This document shows, one piece after another, positions 47,346 through 58,610 of a stretch of DNA of 64,000 bases. The position numbers were made by a program, and so were the translations under genes. Position 1 is the stretch's first letter. Each line of letters starts with the position of its first letter. This DNA is from an uncultured Spirochaetota bacterium (GTDB lineage Bacteria; Spirochaetota; Brevinematia; Brevinematales; JAOACQ01), in the NCBI GenBank assembly GCA_963835575.1, contig CAWIGG010000002.1, positions 224,001 to 288,000 of the forward strand, in the 5' to 3' direction. The notes below the pieces were generated by a model. The model searched no databases, was not told the origin of the DNA, and saw only the letters and a program-made list of their open reading frames with translations.

Positions 47346-47922
47346 TTGAAATCCTCCTGTTAATGCTTCTGTATATAATACGATTCAAATATGTGATTTT
47401 TGAAATAGCTTTGAAAAATATTTTTTATTAATTAAAAACAGGCATAGTGCAGAAATAATATTACTCGTCTTTTTGACAATAATTATGAATTTAAAAGACA
47501 ATAATCATAAATGAGTATAAAGTTTAGAACATAGTTATTGTTTAATGGATAGGAGACAATGGGGCGTAACCACTTCCCAGATTAGATCGGGGATCACAGA
47601 ATTCACAGATTATAATCTTGGAAGAATAGATTCGGTTGCAGACAATTTGAAAACTTAATAAAAAACCCTTTCCACATATTTTAAAAATTTATAATTCATC
47701 TCATAGATACAGAGATCGCAGAAATTTATTATAATTAACTATAAATATAAGAATATATTTCGGCTCTTTGCCTCCACTTCGGCAGGCTTGGTCCCCGAGC
47801 CGGGTCGAGGGACAGTGCAGCGCTCAGCACCTTTGCGGTGAATATGCCAGGCATAAAGAATGTTTTTAACTTTTCATATAGCCTTAAAGTTGGATCCATC
47901 TGTGTAATCTGTGGTTCCAGTT

Positions 47923-48528
47923 CTATCTGAAATATTCTTTTAAATCGTTGATATCATGATAATGTATGGCATGAAATCCAAGCTTTCGCGCGGCGGTAAT
48001 ATTCCCGATGGTATCATCTATAAAAAGGCATTCTTCCGGTTTACAACCCAGATTTTTGGCGCATAATAAATAAATTTCTTTTTCAGGTTTTATAATCTTG
48101 TGTTCGCTGGAAAAAGTCAGAATATCAAAGATTTTAAAGATGTCCGTATTTTTATTGAGGTAATCCAGGCAGCTTTTGATCATATTGGATAATACGGCGG
48201 TTTTTATACGGTATTTGATTTTAATTTCTTTGATAAATTCCAGTAAATGAGCGTCAATATCCGTCCAGCTTTTAACATCAAGACGGGACAATTGGGCGGC
48301 TGTCTTTTTATTGAATGAAATGGAAAGATTGTCCATAATCATGCGCCAGTATTCAATATCAGATATTACGCCTCTATCCAGATCCGGCCTGAATTTCAGA
48401 TAGACTTCTGTAAAAACTTCAACATCCGATTTCAAAAGGTTTGCCATTTTCCACACAAGTTCATCCGGCTGTTTTTTAGTGATAACGCCGCCGTAGTCAA
48501 ACAGGGCGGCTCTGATTTTTTTATTCAT
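47923..48528 (-). CDS. HAD-family phosphatase (YihX-like)
   Basis: FDYGGV, LSN, KP...IY, FIDD..N motifs. Confidence 0.9.
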   Translation of the reverse strand: MNKKIRAALFDYGGVITKKQPDELVWKMANLLKSDVEVFTEVYLKFRPDLDRGVISDIEYWRMIMDNLSISFNKKTAAQLSRLDVKSWTDIDAHLLEFIKEIKIKYRIKTAVLSNMIKSCLDYLNKNTDIFKIFDILTFSSEHKIIKPEKEIYLLCAKNLGCKPEECLFIDDTIGNITAARKLGFHAIHYHDINDLKEYFR

Positions 48529-48895
48529 ATTAGTCCTTTTTGGCAGTCCTACCCGGCTTCAAGCCAATAAAGCAATAATGTATTCTTAAATAAGAGCGGG
48601 GTGAAACTGCCCGGTAATATATGGCATAAAGTTCAGGAAACTTTAAATTGTGATAAATATTTTTTTAAATTTTATGGATACAATTATCCTTTTATATGTT
48701 ATAATAAAGGCGTTCAATTCAGTATTATAGACTCAAATAAATGAAAAAATCAAATCAAACTTGAACAGTGATTTTTAAAATCTCAGTTTAAAGTTAACGA
48801 AAACCATATTCAAATTATGGTATCAAGCAGACTTTTACCGGATTGCTTTAATTTTTATTATATAGGTTGTCATGGTCGGGGGAAAAGGAGGCGCA

Positions 48896-50695
48896 ATGGC
48901 CCCGGAAATTTCTCCAGATAAATTTTTAACTCATGAGGCTGAGATCTATCTTCAAATCGGCCGTCTGCTTAAAAAAGAAAGGCCCCAGGAAATCCAGGAC
49001 AAAGTTATGCAGATGCTCAATCTGGACATCAGCCTGGAAGAAATAATAAAGAAAATCAAAGAAATGGATAATATTGAAGGATTAAAAGCCAGGGTGTCCG
49101 GGCCTGCAAATGAAGGCGGCACGGAAACGTTTCAAAGGAAAAAATATATTGTGCAGGCCGCGACAGTTCAAAAAAATATACGCGGAATAAAAGTCCCCCG
49201 GAAAAAACTGAATTTTTTTAAATATCTTTTCACTGAATGGCTGAACATCCGCAGGTTTAGTCTTAAAACTCCCATCATAAGGTCCGGTTTTTTTAAGTTT
49301 AAAATCGATATGAAAAGAGCTCAGTGGGAATCGATACAGAAGGACGCCTCCCTGATCCTGCATTATCTCAGATTTATTCTGGAGAACGGGTGGATGATAC
49401 TGAGTAAGCATGAATACAACCGCCTGGTCCTGCTGAAAAAACTGTGCGATGAAATTTCAGCGTGTAATATGACTTATTTTCATGATGATGAATATGTCCT
49501 GGGAAAAATCGCTCCCGTTGAGATGTATTTTCTGGCCTGCCACTACCGGCAGGATTATTCGAATAAGATTCTGGACTCGCTTATTTTCGTCTTGAAATAC
49601 TTTAAAAGATCCGAGGATAAAATTCACAGTGTTTCTTTTTTTGTAAATAAGCTTCTTTTCCAGACCAGGGATGTTTATTCGCTTTACAACCTTATCCTTG
49701 CGGTCAATATGGTAAATTACAGGAAATATATAGGCCTATATGATCTTATACAGGAATTGCCGGGGGGCGTTATTTCGAATTATGATTTTGACTGCGACGG
49801 CAATACCAGGCCGAAAATCGCCGCCTTCATCAGCGAAAAAGAAATGAGGCTTGAACAGCTGATGGAAGAGAAAAGGGAAATGAATAAAGTCGGGCTGCTT
49901 ATAAAGCAGAACGCGGATCAAAAAACAGAGGGACGGGGTTTTGAGGAATATGATGCGCTGATCCGGTTTTATGAGGCGGAAACAGGCATGGACAAACCGA
50001 AGTTCCTTATCGATAAAGACAATCTGTATCTGTTCGGGGGAAATTTCATCAAGCGCTTTCTCGGTGAATTTGAAATATTTCTGAACGGGAGGTTCAAAAT
50101 TGAAAAGTGGGGCGAGATCCAGCCGTTTACAGTTGAGTTTTTTGCGGGCGATATCGGCAGGATGCAGAGCCTTTTAAAAGCATTTAATGGGAAGAATCTC
50201 GCTTTTTTGCGCTTTAATCATGCCCGTCTGGCTGAAATAAAAAGGAGTCAGAATTTCGGGACAGCTTCCAGTGAGGAAATTGAAATTGTCAGGTTTATTG
50301 ACGAGATTTCAGCATTGATCCTTGAAATAGGGAAAAAAATCGGCCATCTCAGCATTGCCTGCCGGACTGACCCTTTCGGTCCGGACCAGGAAAAAGTATT
50401 TAAACCTATGGACCTTTCCTATTTATCAAAAAGTCCTATAACTATTCCCTTCTGCGATAAGAACATTCTGCTGCCCGGGTTTCTGTATGAAAAGAAGTTT
50501 AGTGAAGCGCTTTTGACTATTACCGCTCTCTGCTACGACGCCGGAAGATTTCTGCAGAATGAAGAGATTGTCTCATACAGGCAGAAAGAATTGAAAATGG
50601 ACGAGGAAATTTTAAAAATCAAGCAGACTCTGGAAAGAGTGGCGGATCCGGTGGTATTTGAGAGGATCAGGAAAGTCTATCGGCTCTGGCAGTAA
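48896..50695 (+). CDS. Hypothetical protein
   Basis: Long ORF with an AGGAGG RBS before ATG 48896; no recognised motif. Confidence 0.75.
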   Translation: MAPEISPDKFLTHEAEIYLQIGRLLKKERPQEIQDKVMQMLNLDISLEEIIKKIKEMDNIEGLKARVSGPANEGGTETFQRKKYIVQAATVQKNIRGIKVPRKKLNFFKYLFTEWLNIRRFSLKTPIIRSGFFKFKIDMKRAQWESIQKDASLILHYLRFILENGWMILSKHEYNRLVLLKKLCDEISACNMTYFHDDEYVLGKIAPVEMYFLACHYRQDYSNKILDSLIFVLKYFKRSEDKIHSVSFFVNKLLFQTRDVYSLYNLILAVNMVNYRKYIGLYDLIQELPGGVISNYDFDCDGNTRPKIAAFISEKEMRLEQLMEEKREMNKVGLLIKQNADQKTEGRGFEEYDALIRFYEAETGMDKPKFLIDKDNLYLFGGNFIKRFLGEFEIFLNGRFKIEKWGEIQPFTVEFFAGDIGRMQSLLKAFNGKNLAFLRFNHARLAEIKRSQNFGTASSEEIEIVRFIDEISALILEIGKKIGHLSIACRTDPFGPDQEKVFKPMDLSYLSKSPITIPFCDKNILLPGFLYEKKFSEALLTITALCYDAGRFLQNEEIVSYRQKELKMDEEILKIKQTLERVADPVVFERIRKVYRLWQ

Positions 50696-50901
50696 ATGGA
50701 ATAGTTTGATTATATATTGGCATCACCAGCCACAGAATGGATTCGACAGGCTCACCACAAGTGACACAGAATATCACGGAATTCTAGTATATTGGTAGTG
50801 TCAGAAACAATATTCTGCATTTTGCTTTTCCTAATGTTGATTTTTTTCAGTGGACTTCTGTGAAATTCTGCGGCTTATTAGTTACTTTTAAAACATCAAT
50901 T

Positions 50902-52524
50902 TTAAAATCTTTTAAACAGGATTTTTTCCAGAATGAGAGCCTCGTAAGGCTGAAGACCGGCGGTATTCTTTATCACGCTTTCCTTTCTGATATGGGTGGA
51001 GAAAATCAATTTCCATCTTTCGCCGTCGTTGATTTTAAAGAACCGCTTCTTATTGGAAAGATTGACAGCTATAATCATTTTCTGCACGCCGGATGATCTG
51101 AAATATGCAATGATGGCGGGTCCTGTCTTGATCTGTTCCCAATCGCCGGAATGAAGGGCCGGATTCTGCTTCCTGAGCGCGATCAGCTTTTTATATACGT
51201 TTAACAGGGAAGAGGGATTTTTCTCCTCACTACCGGCATTTGTCTCAGGATATTCCGGATTGACTTTCAGCCAGGGCTTTGCTTCCGAAAACCCCGCGTT
51301 CTTTTTATTGGACCACTGCATCGGCGTCCGTTCCCCGTCACGGCCCTTGTTGACAGGCCAGTAATGCAGGCCGATCGGGTCTTCAATCTCATGTCTTTTT
51401 ATTATGCCGTTCCTCATGCCGATTTCCTCGCCGTAGTAGATAAAAGGCGTGCCTCTCAGGGTTAAAAGCAGTACGGCTGCGGCCTTCGCGCGGCTTATGG
51501 AATCCTTCCCTTTTGAGAACCGGCTGAAGCTCCTCGGCTGGTCATGGCTCGAAAAGGCCAGTGCGGGCCAGCCCCCGGCAGGCGTCGCATCATACCAGGT
51601 CCTGATCGTATTGAGGATTTTCCGCGCGTTCCATTTCATGAATACCTGCGAAAAATCAAAGCTCATATGGAGCTTGTCGGAACCCTTGCCCAGATAGCCG
51701 GCCGCCATCGCGGGATCTCCCGGCGATTCAGCCATAACCTCGCCGACCAGCACTCTATCTTTGTATGAATTGATGAGCTTTCTTAATTCCTTTAATAAAG
51801 GGTGCATTTCCGGCCGGTCTCTTTCATAGAGATGCTTCTGCAGGTCGTAAGGCCGGAGGTTCGGGCCCAAACCGAAGGGATTATTCCTGAATTGCGCGTC
51901 TTTAAAATAGCAGTTGACGACATCCAGCCGGAATCCGTCCACGCCTTTGTCCAGCCAGAATTTGATTCCCTTAAAGACGGCGGCCTTCACGGCCGGGTTT
52001 CTCCAGTTCAGATCCGGCTGTTCCTTCAGAAAGGAATGAAGATAAAACTGTTTTGTCTTCCTGTCCCATTCCCATGCCCTTCCGCCGAAAACCCCCTGCC
52101 AGTTGTTAGGGGGTTTACCGTTAATGCCGCTATGCCAGATATACCAGTCCCGCCTGGGATTATTCCGTGAAAGGCGCGATTCAATAAACCATGGGTGCAG
52201 ATTGGATGTGTGGTTGATAACAAGGTCCATGATGATCTTTATTTTCTTTTTATGGGCTTCTTTTAAAAGGAGGTCAAAATCCTTCATTGTCCCGAAAAAA
52301 GGATCGATCGACCTGTAGTCGCTGATGTCATAGCCCGCGTCGGCCATCGGCGATTGGTATACAGGCGAGAGCCAGATACAGTCGATGCCGAGCCCGGCAA
52401 GATAGTCCAGCTTTTCGATGATGCCGTTCAGGTCCCCGATACCATCGCCGTTCGAGTCTTTAAAGCTCTGCGGGTAAATCTGATAGAACACACCGCTTTT
52501 CCACCATAAGGGCTTTTCTTTCAT
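50902..52524 (-). CDS. GH13 alpha-glucosidase / oligo-1,6-glucosidase
   Basis: YQIYP.SF.DSNGDGIGD, DLVINH, QPDLNW, GFRLDV, VGE, HD, YYGEEIGM, RTPMQW. Confidence 0.92.
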   Translation of the reverse strand: MKEKPLWWKSGVFYQIYPQSFKDSNGDGIGDLNGIIEKLDYLAGLGIDCIWLSPVYQSPMADAGYDISDYRSIDPFFGTMKDFDLLLKEAHKKKIKIIMDLVINHTSNLHPWFIESRLSRNNPRRDWYIWHSGINGKPPNNWQGVFGGRAWEWDRKTKQFYLHSFLKEQPDLNWRNPAVKAAVFKGIKFWLDKGVDGFRLDVVNCYFKDAQFRNNPFGLGPNLRPYDLQKHLYERDRPEMHPLLKELRKLINSYKDRVLVGEVMAESPGDPAMAAGYLGKGSDKLHMSFDFSQVFMKWNARKILNTIRTWYDATPAGGWPALAFSSHDQPRSFSRFSKGKDSISRAKAAAVLLLTLRGTPFIYYGEEIGMRNGIIKRHEIEDPIGLHYWPVNKGRDGERTPMQWSNKKNAGFSEAKPWLKVNPEYPETNAGSEEKNPSSLLNVYKKLIALRKQNPALHSGDWEQIKTGPAIIAYFRSSGVQKMIIAVNLSNKKRFFKINDGERWKLIFSTHIRKESVIKNTAGLQPYEALILEKILFKRF

Positions 52525-53807
52525 TTTTTCATCTCCTTCGCCACGGACATCAGCTTTTTATGCTGTAAGTCAATGTCCTTCTGAAAGAAGAACGCGGCAA
52601 TCCAGAGCAGAATCGCGCATGGGATCCAGAAAGCGGCGGAGAAATTCATCGCGAAAGTCAGGCCGAAAGAGACGGATAGAATGCCGCCGATGAACTTGCC
52701 GACGCCGGTCCCTACGGAGTCCGTCAGGTTAAAGATGGAAAATATGGCGCCTCGGTTCTCAGGCACATTTGTGTCCAGAAGCATCGCCCTGATATTCGGG
52801 CCCGCGATCCCGACCAGGAATGCCCCGACGAATCCGCATAGCAGCATCAGGGGCAGGTTGCCGGAAGGGATTAAGGAAAACATGGCGATGACAACCAGCG
52901 AGCCGGCGAATGTTGTGATGGAACAGAGTAGGGGCATGTAAATGGATTTTTTCCTGAAAAGCATGCCGCCGAATATCCCTCCCAGTATCACGCCGGCCGT
53001 CATGCCGACGCCGAAGAGAAGAAAGACCGTTGTGGCCTGTTCTATTGAGAGCCCCTTGTTTTCGTTAAAGAACTTGACCAGGAAAAGCGGTATGGCGCCC
53101 CAGGGTATTGTTCCGAGAAGGCCCTGAACAAAAAGGAATATATTTGTTTTAATTTTGATCAGGTTCAGATAATCCCCGAGCTTGATTTTTTTCGGGTAAA
53201 GCAGGCCTTCCGCTATCAGTTTATTCAGGGCCTCTTCAGAAGCGCCATGCTGAGGTTCCTGAACAAGGAAATAAAACAGGATGATGAAAAGGAAATTGGG
53301 CGCGGAAGCGAGAATGAAAGGGAGCCTCCAGCCGTATGTCGGGCCGACATAGCCGCCGATAAGAAGGCCGACAATCTGGCCGATGCTGATGGCCGCCGTC
53401 ATGTAGGCTGTGGCGGAAGCCCTCTTCTTTTCCTCATAGAGGTCCCCGATAAGGGAAAAGATGATCGGGAATGAGGCCCCGACCCCGAACCCGGTCAGTA
53501 TTCTCAGAGTAAAAAACTGCGCGTAATTCATGGAAAAAGCCGTTAAGAGACAGGGGATCTGACCTATGAGGACAGAATAGATAAAAAGCATCTTCCGGCT
53601 GCCCTTGTCTGCAAAGTAGCCCCAGAGAAGGCTGATGACGGCGCCCAGCAGCGTAAAAAGGCCGCTCATCAGGCCGATGTCCGCGTCGTTGACATGAAAC
53701 TCCTTTTCTATCGCGGAAAGGGTGGCGTTCATCAGGTTCTGATCGGCATTGAGCATCACGGCTATCAGGATCATAAGAACAAGGGTGAGATTTCTGTTTT
53801 TAATCAT
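52521..53807 (-). CDS. MFS transporter, coupled to the GH13 gene
   Basis: 12-TM pattern, GYFADKGSRK motif A; 4-bp overlap with the glucosidase. Confidence 0.9.
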   Translation of the reverse strand: MIKNRNLTLVLMILIAVMLNADQNLMNATLSAIEKEFHVNDADIGLMSGLFTLLGAVISLLWGYFADKGSRKMLFIYSVLIGQIPCLLTAFSMNYAQFFTLRILTGFGVGASFPIIFSLIGDLYEEKKRASATAYMTAAISIGQIVGLLIGGYVGPTYGWRLPFILASAPNFLFIILFYFLVQEPQHGASEEALNKLIAEGLLYPKKIKLGDYLNLIKIKTNIFLFVQGLLGTIPWGAIPLFLVKFFNENKGLSIEQATTVFLLFGVGMTAGVILGGIFGGMLFRKKSIYMPLLCSITTFAGSLVVIAMFSLIPSGNLPLMLLCGFVGAFLVGIAGPNIRAMLLDTNVPENRGAIFSIFNLTDSVGTGVGKFIGGILSVSFGLTFAMNFSAAFWIPCAILLWIAAFFFQKDIDLQHKKLMSVAKEMKK

Positions 53808-53940
53808 GACAGGCTCCTTATAAAATAAGCTTATGATAGTTTTATAATCATAAATTCTTTCTAATACAAAAATTCTGGCCTGATTTCCGAAAAAAAATAG
53901 AAAATGATCCCTTAAATGATAATATAATGGAAGTTACATA

Positions 53941-54400
53941 TCAAGATAATGGGCCAAAGTTTCTCGTCCTTTAGACTTTATCCGGCAGCCGTACCATTCA
54001 TCATAAATGGCCCATTCGGTGATTTCCCGGACTTTTGACAGGATTTCATTGATGATTTTCTTGTCAGATTCGCGCAGTCCCGGTTTGCCCGGGAGCGGCA
54101 GAATGAAATTTTATCCTCATAAATATCAATTGAATTGCATTTTGTGCCGCGGCTGATGGCGCTGACTTTTCCGGAATAAAAGTCCTCCGGCAGATCATGA
54201 TATTTTTTATCAATATAAGAACAGATAGGATGTCTGTCTTCCGAATAAGGGCCTGTGTATAGCTGATAATGAGGCAAATCCAGACTTTTTATCCATTCCT
54301 GATAATGCTTTTGGTCTTCAAAAGATTTAAATTTGATGCAGAAATCAAGGACCGGCCCGGCTCCTCCGAATCTGTTTTCTTCCCGGCTCCAGTCTTTCAT
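53941..54400 (-). CDS. Small hypothetical protein, possibly frameshifted near 54060
   Basis: AGGAGG RBS and ATG at 54400; main frame stops at 53978; an alternative frame (KIINEILSKVREITEWAIY...) runs to 53941. Confidence 0.4.
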
Positions 54401-54578
54401 AATAAAACTAAGCCTCCTCTTTTTTGATACGCTGTTCTTATATATAATACGCCTTTTACAATTAAATTTTGCAATAATTTTAAAATATTTTAATTCTTTT
54501 TTATGCAGACTTAAAAGATTTTTTGTTATATAATAATTCTCCTCAAATTTATTTTTAATAATAATCAAGAGGAAAATT

Positions 54579-55850
54579 ATGGCAGAGATTAATTATCAAT
54601 CAAAAAAGCTTCATTACGGCTGGATTATTCTCATACTGGCTGTGGCGACCGTCATGGGCGCGCTGGGGTTCGGCCGCTTCGGATACACAATGCTCCTGCC
54701 ATCCATGAAAACCGGCCTCTCTTTAAATGAAATTCAGGCGGGAGACCTTGCCGCCGGCAATATGCTGGGATACCTCGTGCTGGCGCTGACATGCGGAATA
54801 CTGGCATCGCGCTTCGGGCCGAGGCTGGTCATCGGGATGTCCATGATTGTCAGCGCTTTTTCTCTTTTCCTGACAGGTTTATCATGGAATTATTATTCCG
54901 CCCTGATCGCCAGGACTTTGACCGGAATGGGCGGCGGCGGGTCGAATGTGCCGGTTATGGGGCTGGTATCATCCTGGTTCGGAAAACGGAGGCGCGGGCT
55001 TGCCGCCGGCATAGCCGTCAGCGGCTCCAGCTTCGGGCTTTTATTCGCCGGCAGTATTCTTCCTTTTGTACTGGAAGCCGGAGGCGGAAACGGCTGGCGG
55101 TATTCATGGTACTGCCTGGCCGGAGCGGTATTGATTATCGCGGTCCTCGGTTTTATTTTTCTTAAAAACTCTCCGAAAGCCGCGGGCCTCTCAGCCGTCG
55201 GGGCTTCGGAGGATGAGAAAACAGAGGCCGGCAAACAGTCTTCATCACTGAAGTGGGGATTGATCGTTAAAACGCCCGCCGTCTGGCACCTGGCGCTGAT
55301 ATACATCATGTTCGGCTTTTCCTATATTATCTACGCCACGTTTTTTGTCCGTTATCTCAGCGGCGAGGGTGGATTTTCGACTAAGGAAGCCGGCGGGCTC
55401 TGGGCGCTGATCGGCGGCTTCAGCATAGCGAGCGGGTTTATCTGGGGCGCCTTTTCCGACAGGACCGGCAGAAAATACGGCCTGGCCGTCGTGTTCTTTA
55501 TCCAGTTTCTGAGTTTTACTCTGTTCGGCGCCTGGAAGGCGATGCCGGGTTATATTATTTCCTCTGTCTTATTCGCGCTGACAGCCTGGAGCATTCCGGC
55601 CATCATGGCGGCGGCCGTCAGCGACATATCGGGACCGAGGCTGGCGCCGGCGGCTTTGGGTTTTATCACTTTCTTTTTCGGGATCGGGCAGGTGCTCGGG
55701 CCTATGCTGGCTGGAAGGATTTCCGCCGCCGGCGGATCTTATTCCCCGGCATTCATCGCGGCCGGCATTGCCGCACTTGCGGGCGCGGTTTTGTCGCTAT
55801 TTTTAAAAAAGGCCCATGGAGCGCCGGCGGAAAGAACTAAAATTGAGTGA
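54579..55850 (+). CDS. MFS transporter (YbfB/YjiJ-like)
   Basis: GFGRFGYTMLLP, N.LGYL, SDRTGRK, 12 TM helices. Confidence 0.9.
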   Translation: MAEINYQSKKLHYGWIILILAVATVMGALGFGRFGYTMLLPSMKTGLSLNEIQAGDLAAGNMLGYLVLALTCGILASRFGPRLVIGMSMIVSAFSLFLTGLSWNYYSALIARTLTGMGGGGSNVPVMGLVSSWFGKRRRGLAAGIAVSGSSFGLLFAGSILPFVLEAGGGNGWRYSWYCLAGAVLIIAVLGFIFLKNSPKAAGLSAVGASEDEKTEAGKQSSSLKWGLIVKTPAVWHLALIYIMFGFSYIIYATFFVRYLSGEGGFSTKEAGGLWALIGGFSIASGFIWGAFSDRTGRKYGLAVVFFIQFLSFTLFGAWKAMPGYIISSVLFALTAWSIPAIMAAAVSDISGPRLAPAALGFITFFFGIGQVLGPMLAGRISAAGGSYSPAFIAAGIAALAGAVLSLFLKKAHGAPAERTKIE

Positions 55851-55878
55851 TAATTATAGAAGGAGCAAAAAAGATTTT

Positions 55879-57393
55879 ATGAAATATTATATTATGTTTA
55901 TACTGCTTTGTTTTATTCCATTTACAGGATTTACCAAAGACAAAAAAGTTATATCGATATTATACTTTGATAATACGACAAAGAATAAGGAATATAAATG
56001 GCTCTGCAAAGGCTTGGCCGATATGCTGATAACGGATGTGGCCCAGTCCAGTTCCGTCATTGTCGTGGAGAGGGAACAGCTGAATAAAGTTCTCTCCGAA
56101 CAGAAGCTTGCGCTCACCGGCCTGGTTGACGAAAAGAACGCGCTGAAAATAGGGGAGCTCCTGAACGCGGACAACCTCATAACAGGCAGTTTTATCATTC
56201 AGAACGATACGGTCAGGATAGACGCGAAAATAGTGGACACGCAGACCGGTAAAATAACAGGGATTAAGAGTACGGGAAAGATCGCCTCCATTCTGGATAT
56301 AGCGGAAGAACTTGCCGGCAATATTTTTTCCCGGCTGGTCCTTACGGCTCCTCTGCAGACGCAGACCGGCGGCGCCTCGCTTGACGCGATGAGATATTAT
56401 TATGAAGGCGTTGATAATCTGGACGCGGGCGACTTCCAGAACGCGCTTTCGAATTTCAACCAGTCGGCCAGGATTGATCCCCTCTATGACAGGCCGCAGA
56501 AGGGGCTGGAAAAAGCCTATGAATTCCTTAAGGATTTCAAGATGCGCCGCTATCAAAGGGAGGTGAACCAGCTTTATGAAAGGCTGGCAAAATTAAAAAA
56601 GGTCCTCGATATGAAGCCCTATAAAAATTACGCTAATATGGTCACGAACGAAGGCTGGCTGAAAATGACGCCGGAAGAAAGGGAAGCCTTTAATAGGGAG
56701 AATGAAATTTACATCAGTTATTCCACTCCGTCCCTCTGCACGCTGGAACTGCAGAATACCCTGATGCAGGTCGCCGATAAAAAGGAATCGTTCATTTCTG
56801 AGAAATGGGACGAAATGGAGAGTGATTTTAATAAAAAGAAAGACAGTATTCAAAAGGATCTGCGAGAAGAAAATAATAAGCAGAGGGAGAAGGAAAAGGC
56901 CTTTGACAAGGAATACAGGGAAAAGTCGGATGAGATTGATAAGATGGAAGATAAAGATTTAAAGGAGAAGAAAAGTGATGAATTGAAGGGATGGAGAAAT
57001 ACAGGGAGAGACCGGCTGAAAAAGGAATGGGATGAACTGCAGAAAAAGCATGATGACGAGGAAAAAGCCCTGGACCAGGAAGAGGATTCGAACAGCCGGA
57101 ATAAAGAGCAGGATGAAAAATCCATAAAAGATAAAAACTTTGTTATCCTGAAAGAGATCACAAGGATTTCCGAAAATTCGCGCCACGAGTACGCGAAAGA
57201 TAAATTCCTGCCTAATATCCTTTATATGGAGCTTTTAGCGCTGAACCAGCTGAAGGATTATAAAGCCCTTAAGGAAAACTGCGAAGCCTTCCTGACGGAT
57301 TATCCCGATTACCAGGCGAACTGGGCCGTGGAGGATTTTTATAAAAGATCGCTGGATGAATTGAAAAAGCAGGAAAGCGGGGCAAAAGAATAA
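55879..57393 (+). CDS. Secreted CsgG/FlgO-like domain + TPR + charged coiled-coil protein
   Basis: ISILYFDN, GLADMLITD, VVEREQL..VLSEQ, IGELLNAD..ITGSF; TPR-like helices. Confidence 0.75.
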   Translation: MKYYIMFILLCFIPFTGFTKDKKVISILYFDNTTKNKEYKWLCKGLADMLITDVAQSSSVIVVEREQLNKVLSEQKLALTGLVDEKNALKIGELLNADNLITGSFIIQNDTVRIDAKIVDTQTGKITGIKSTGKIASILDIAEELAGNIFSRLVLTAPLQTQTGGASLDAMRYYYEGVDNLDAGDFQNALSNFNQSARIDPLYDRPQKGLEKAYEFLKDFKMRRYQREVNQLYERLAKLKKVLDMKPYKNYANMVTNEGWLKMTPEEREAFNRENEIYISYSTPSLCTLELQNTLMQVADKKESFISEKWDEMESDFNKKKDSIQKDLREENNKQREKEKAFDKEYREKSDEIDKMEDKDLKEKKSDELKGWRNTGRDRLKKEWDELQKKHDDEEKALDQEEDSNSRNKEQDEKSIKDKNFVILKEITRISENSRHEYAKDKFLPNILYMELLALNQLKDYKALKENCEAFLTDYPDYQANWAVEDFYKRSLDELKKQESGAKE

Positions 57394-57503
57394 TAACGGG
57401 GGCGGCGGGGAAGAAAGCCCGCTAATAACCCTAATGATCGCGAATATTCAGGGAATATTGGTGTTTATTTGCGTTAATTCGCGTGATTCGCGGGAAAGCT
57501 CCA

Positions 57504-58565
57504 TCACCGGTCCTTCATCTGGTCCCTGACGAATTTCCCCGATTCGGACAGCTTATCGTCCGTCCATCCGCCTCCCGACACGGCATCCGGCTTGAGCGCC
57601 GCAGAGGTTTCCTGTTTGTCCGAGAGCGACCAGTTGCACCAGCTGATCTTGTTATCGTTCATAAAATCAACCCATTTCTTCGCTTCAGCAAGGAAGGGCC
57701 CGTTGTTGCCGCTGGAATCGCTTGTGCCCCATTCCGTGCAGAAAACAGCGATCTTCGGCAAAACATCTTTAACACGGTCTCTCAGCCATTGTGTATGGGA
57801 ACCCGCGTAAAAATGAAAGGTATACATAATGTTATCATATTTCAAAGGATCGGCGGCGGCATCCTGCACATCCTGGCTCCATGAACCTGTTCCGACGATA
57901 ATGACCGCGTTGCTGTCTCCCGCCCTGATGACAGGAATGACGGTTTCCGCGTAAGGTTTGATTTTATCGCTCCAATGCACTTCTGCACCGTTAGGTTCAT
58001 TGCAGATTTCATACATGACGTGTTTTTTTGCGCCGTACTGAAAGGCCATTCTCTTGAAGAAGTCCATCGATTTCTTTATGAAGATGTTCGGGTCCTTGTC
58101 TCCCAGGACATGCCAGTCGATGATGCAGTAAATACCGTTGGTTTCTGTATACCTGACAGCATCCTTAACAAAATATTCCAGGGCCGGATCGATTATATAT
58201 CCCTTATCAAGGGTATAGAGAGCGACGCGCAGGACATCCATTTTCCAATTTTTAACAAGCCAGGCTATTCCGTCCTTATTGATAAAACGCCCGTACCACT
58301 GTACGCCATGCGTGGAAAAGCCGCGGAGCTGTAGGGGCGCCCCTTTTTCATCGCAGAGCTGTGTGCCGATGACTCTCAGTTTGCCATGTACGGCGGCCGG
58401 CGATAGAGCGGGATATTTCCCGGAAATTCCTGAATTTGTATAGGCCAGTTTTTCCTGCGGTTCAACCGGCGCGGTTGTTTTTACCGTACCGGAAGAAGCG
58501 TAGGCGGAAATGAAACATGATACTATAATCGATATTAAAATAAACCTGATTAATTTCATAAACAT
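57504..58565 (-). CDS. GH5 subfamily 2 endoglucanase (no CBM)
   Basis: QLRGFSTHG, IIDWH, EICNEPN, FHFYAG, TEWGTS, SWCNWS. Confidence 0.92.
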   Translation of the reverse strand: MFMKLIRFILISIIVSCFISAYASSGTVKTTAPVEPQEKLAYTNSGISGKYPALSPAAVHGKLRVIGTQLCDEKGAPLQLRGFSTHGVQWYGRFINKDGIAWLVKNWKMDVLRVALYTLDKGYIIDPALEYFVKDAVRYTETNGIYCIIDWHVLGDKDPNIFIKKSMDFFKRMAFQYGAKKHVMYEICNEPNGAEVHWSDKIKPYAETVIPVIRAGDSNAVIIVGTGSWSQDVQDAAADPLKYDNIMYTFHFYAGSHTQWLRDRVKDVLPKIAVFCTEWGTSDSSGNNGPFLAEAKKWVDFMNDNKISWCNWSLSDKQETSAALKPDAVSGGGWTDDKLSESGKFVRDQMKDR

Positions 58566-58610
58566 CCTCCTATTAATTATAAATAAAATTCTATTTTAAT
58601 ACAGACAAAA

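Noticed and set aside
56820..57130. Lys/Glu/Asp-rich segment and its antisense Ser/Phe ORFs
   Set aside because: Ordinary charged coiled coil with no discrete DNA repeat
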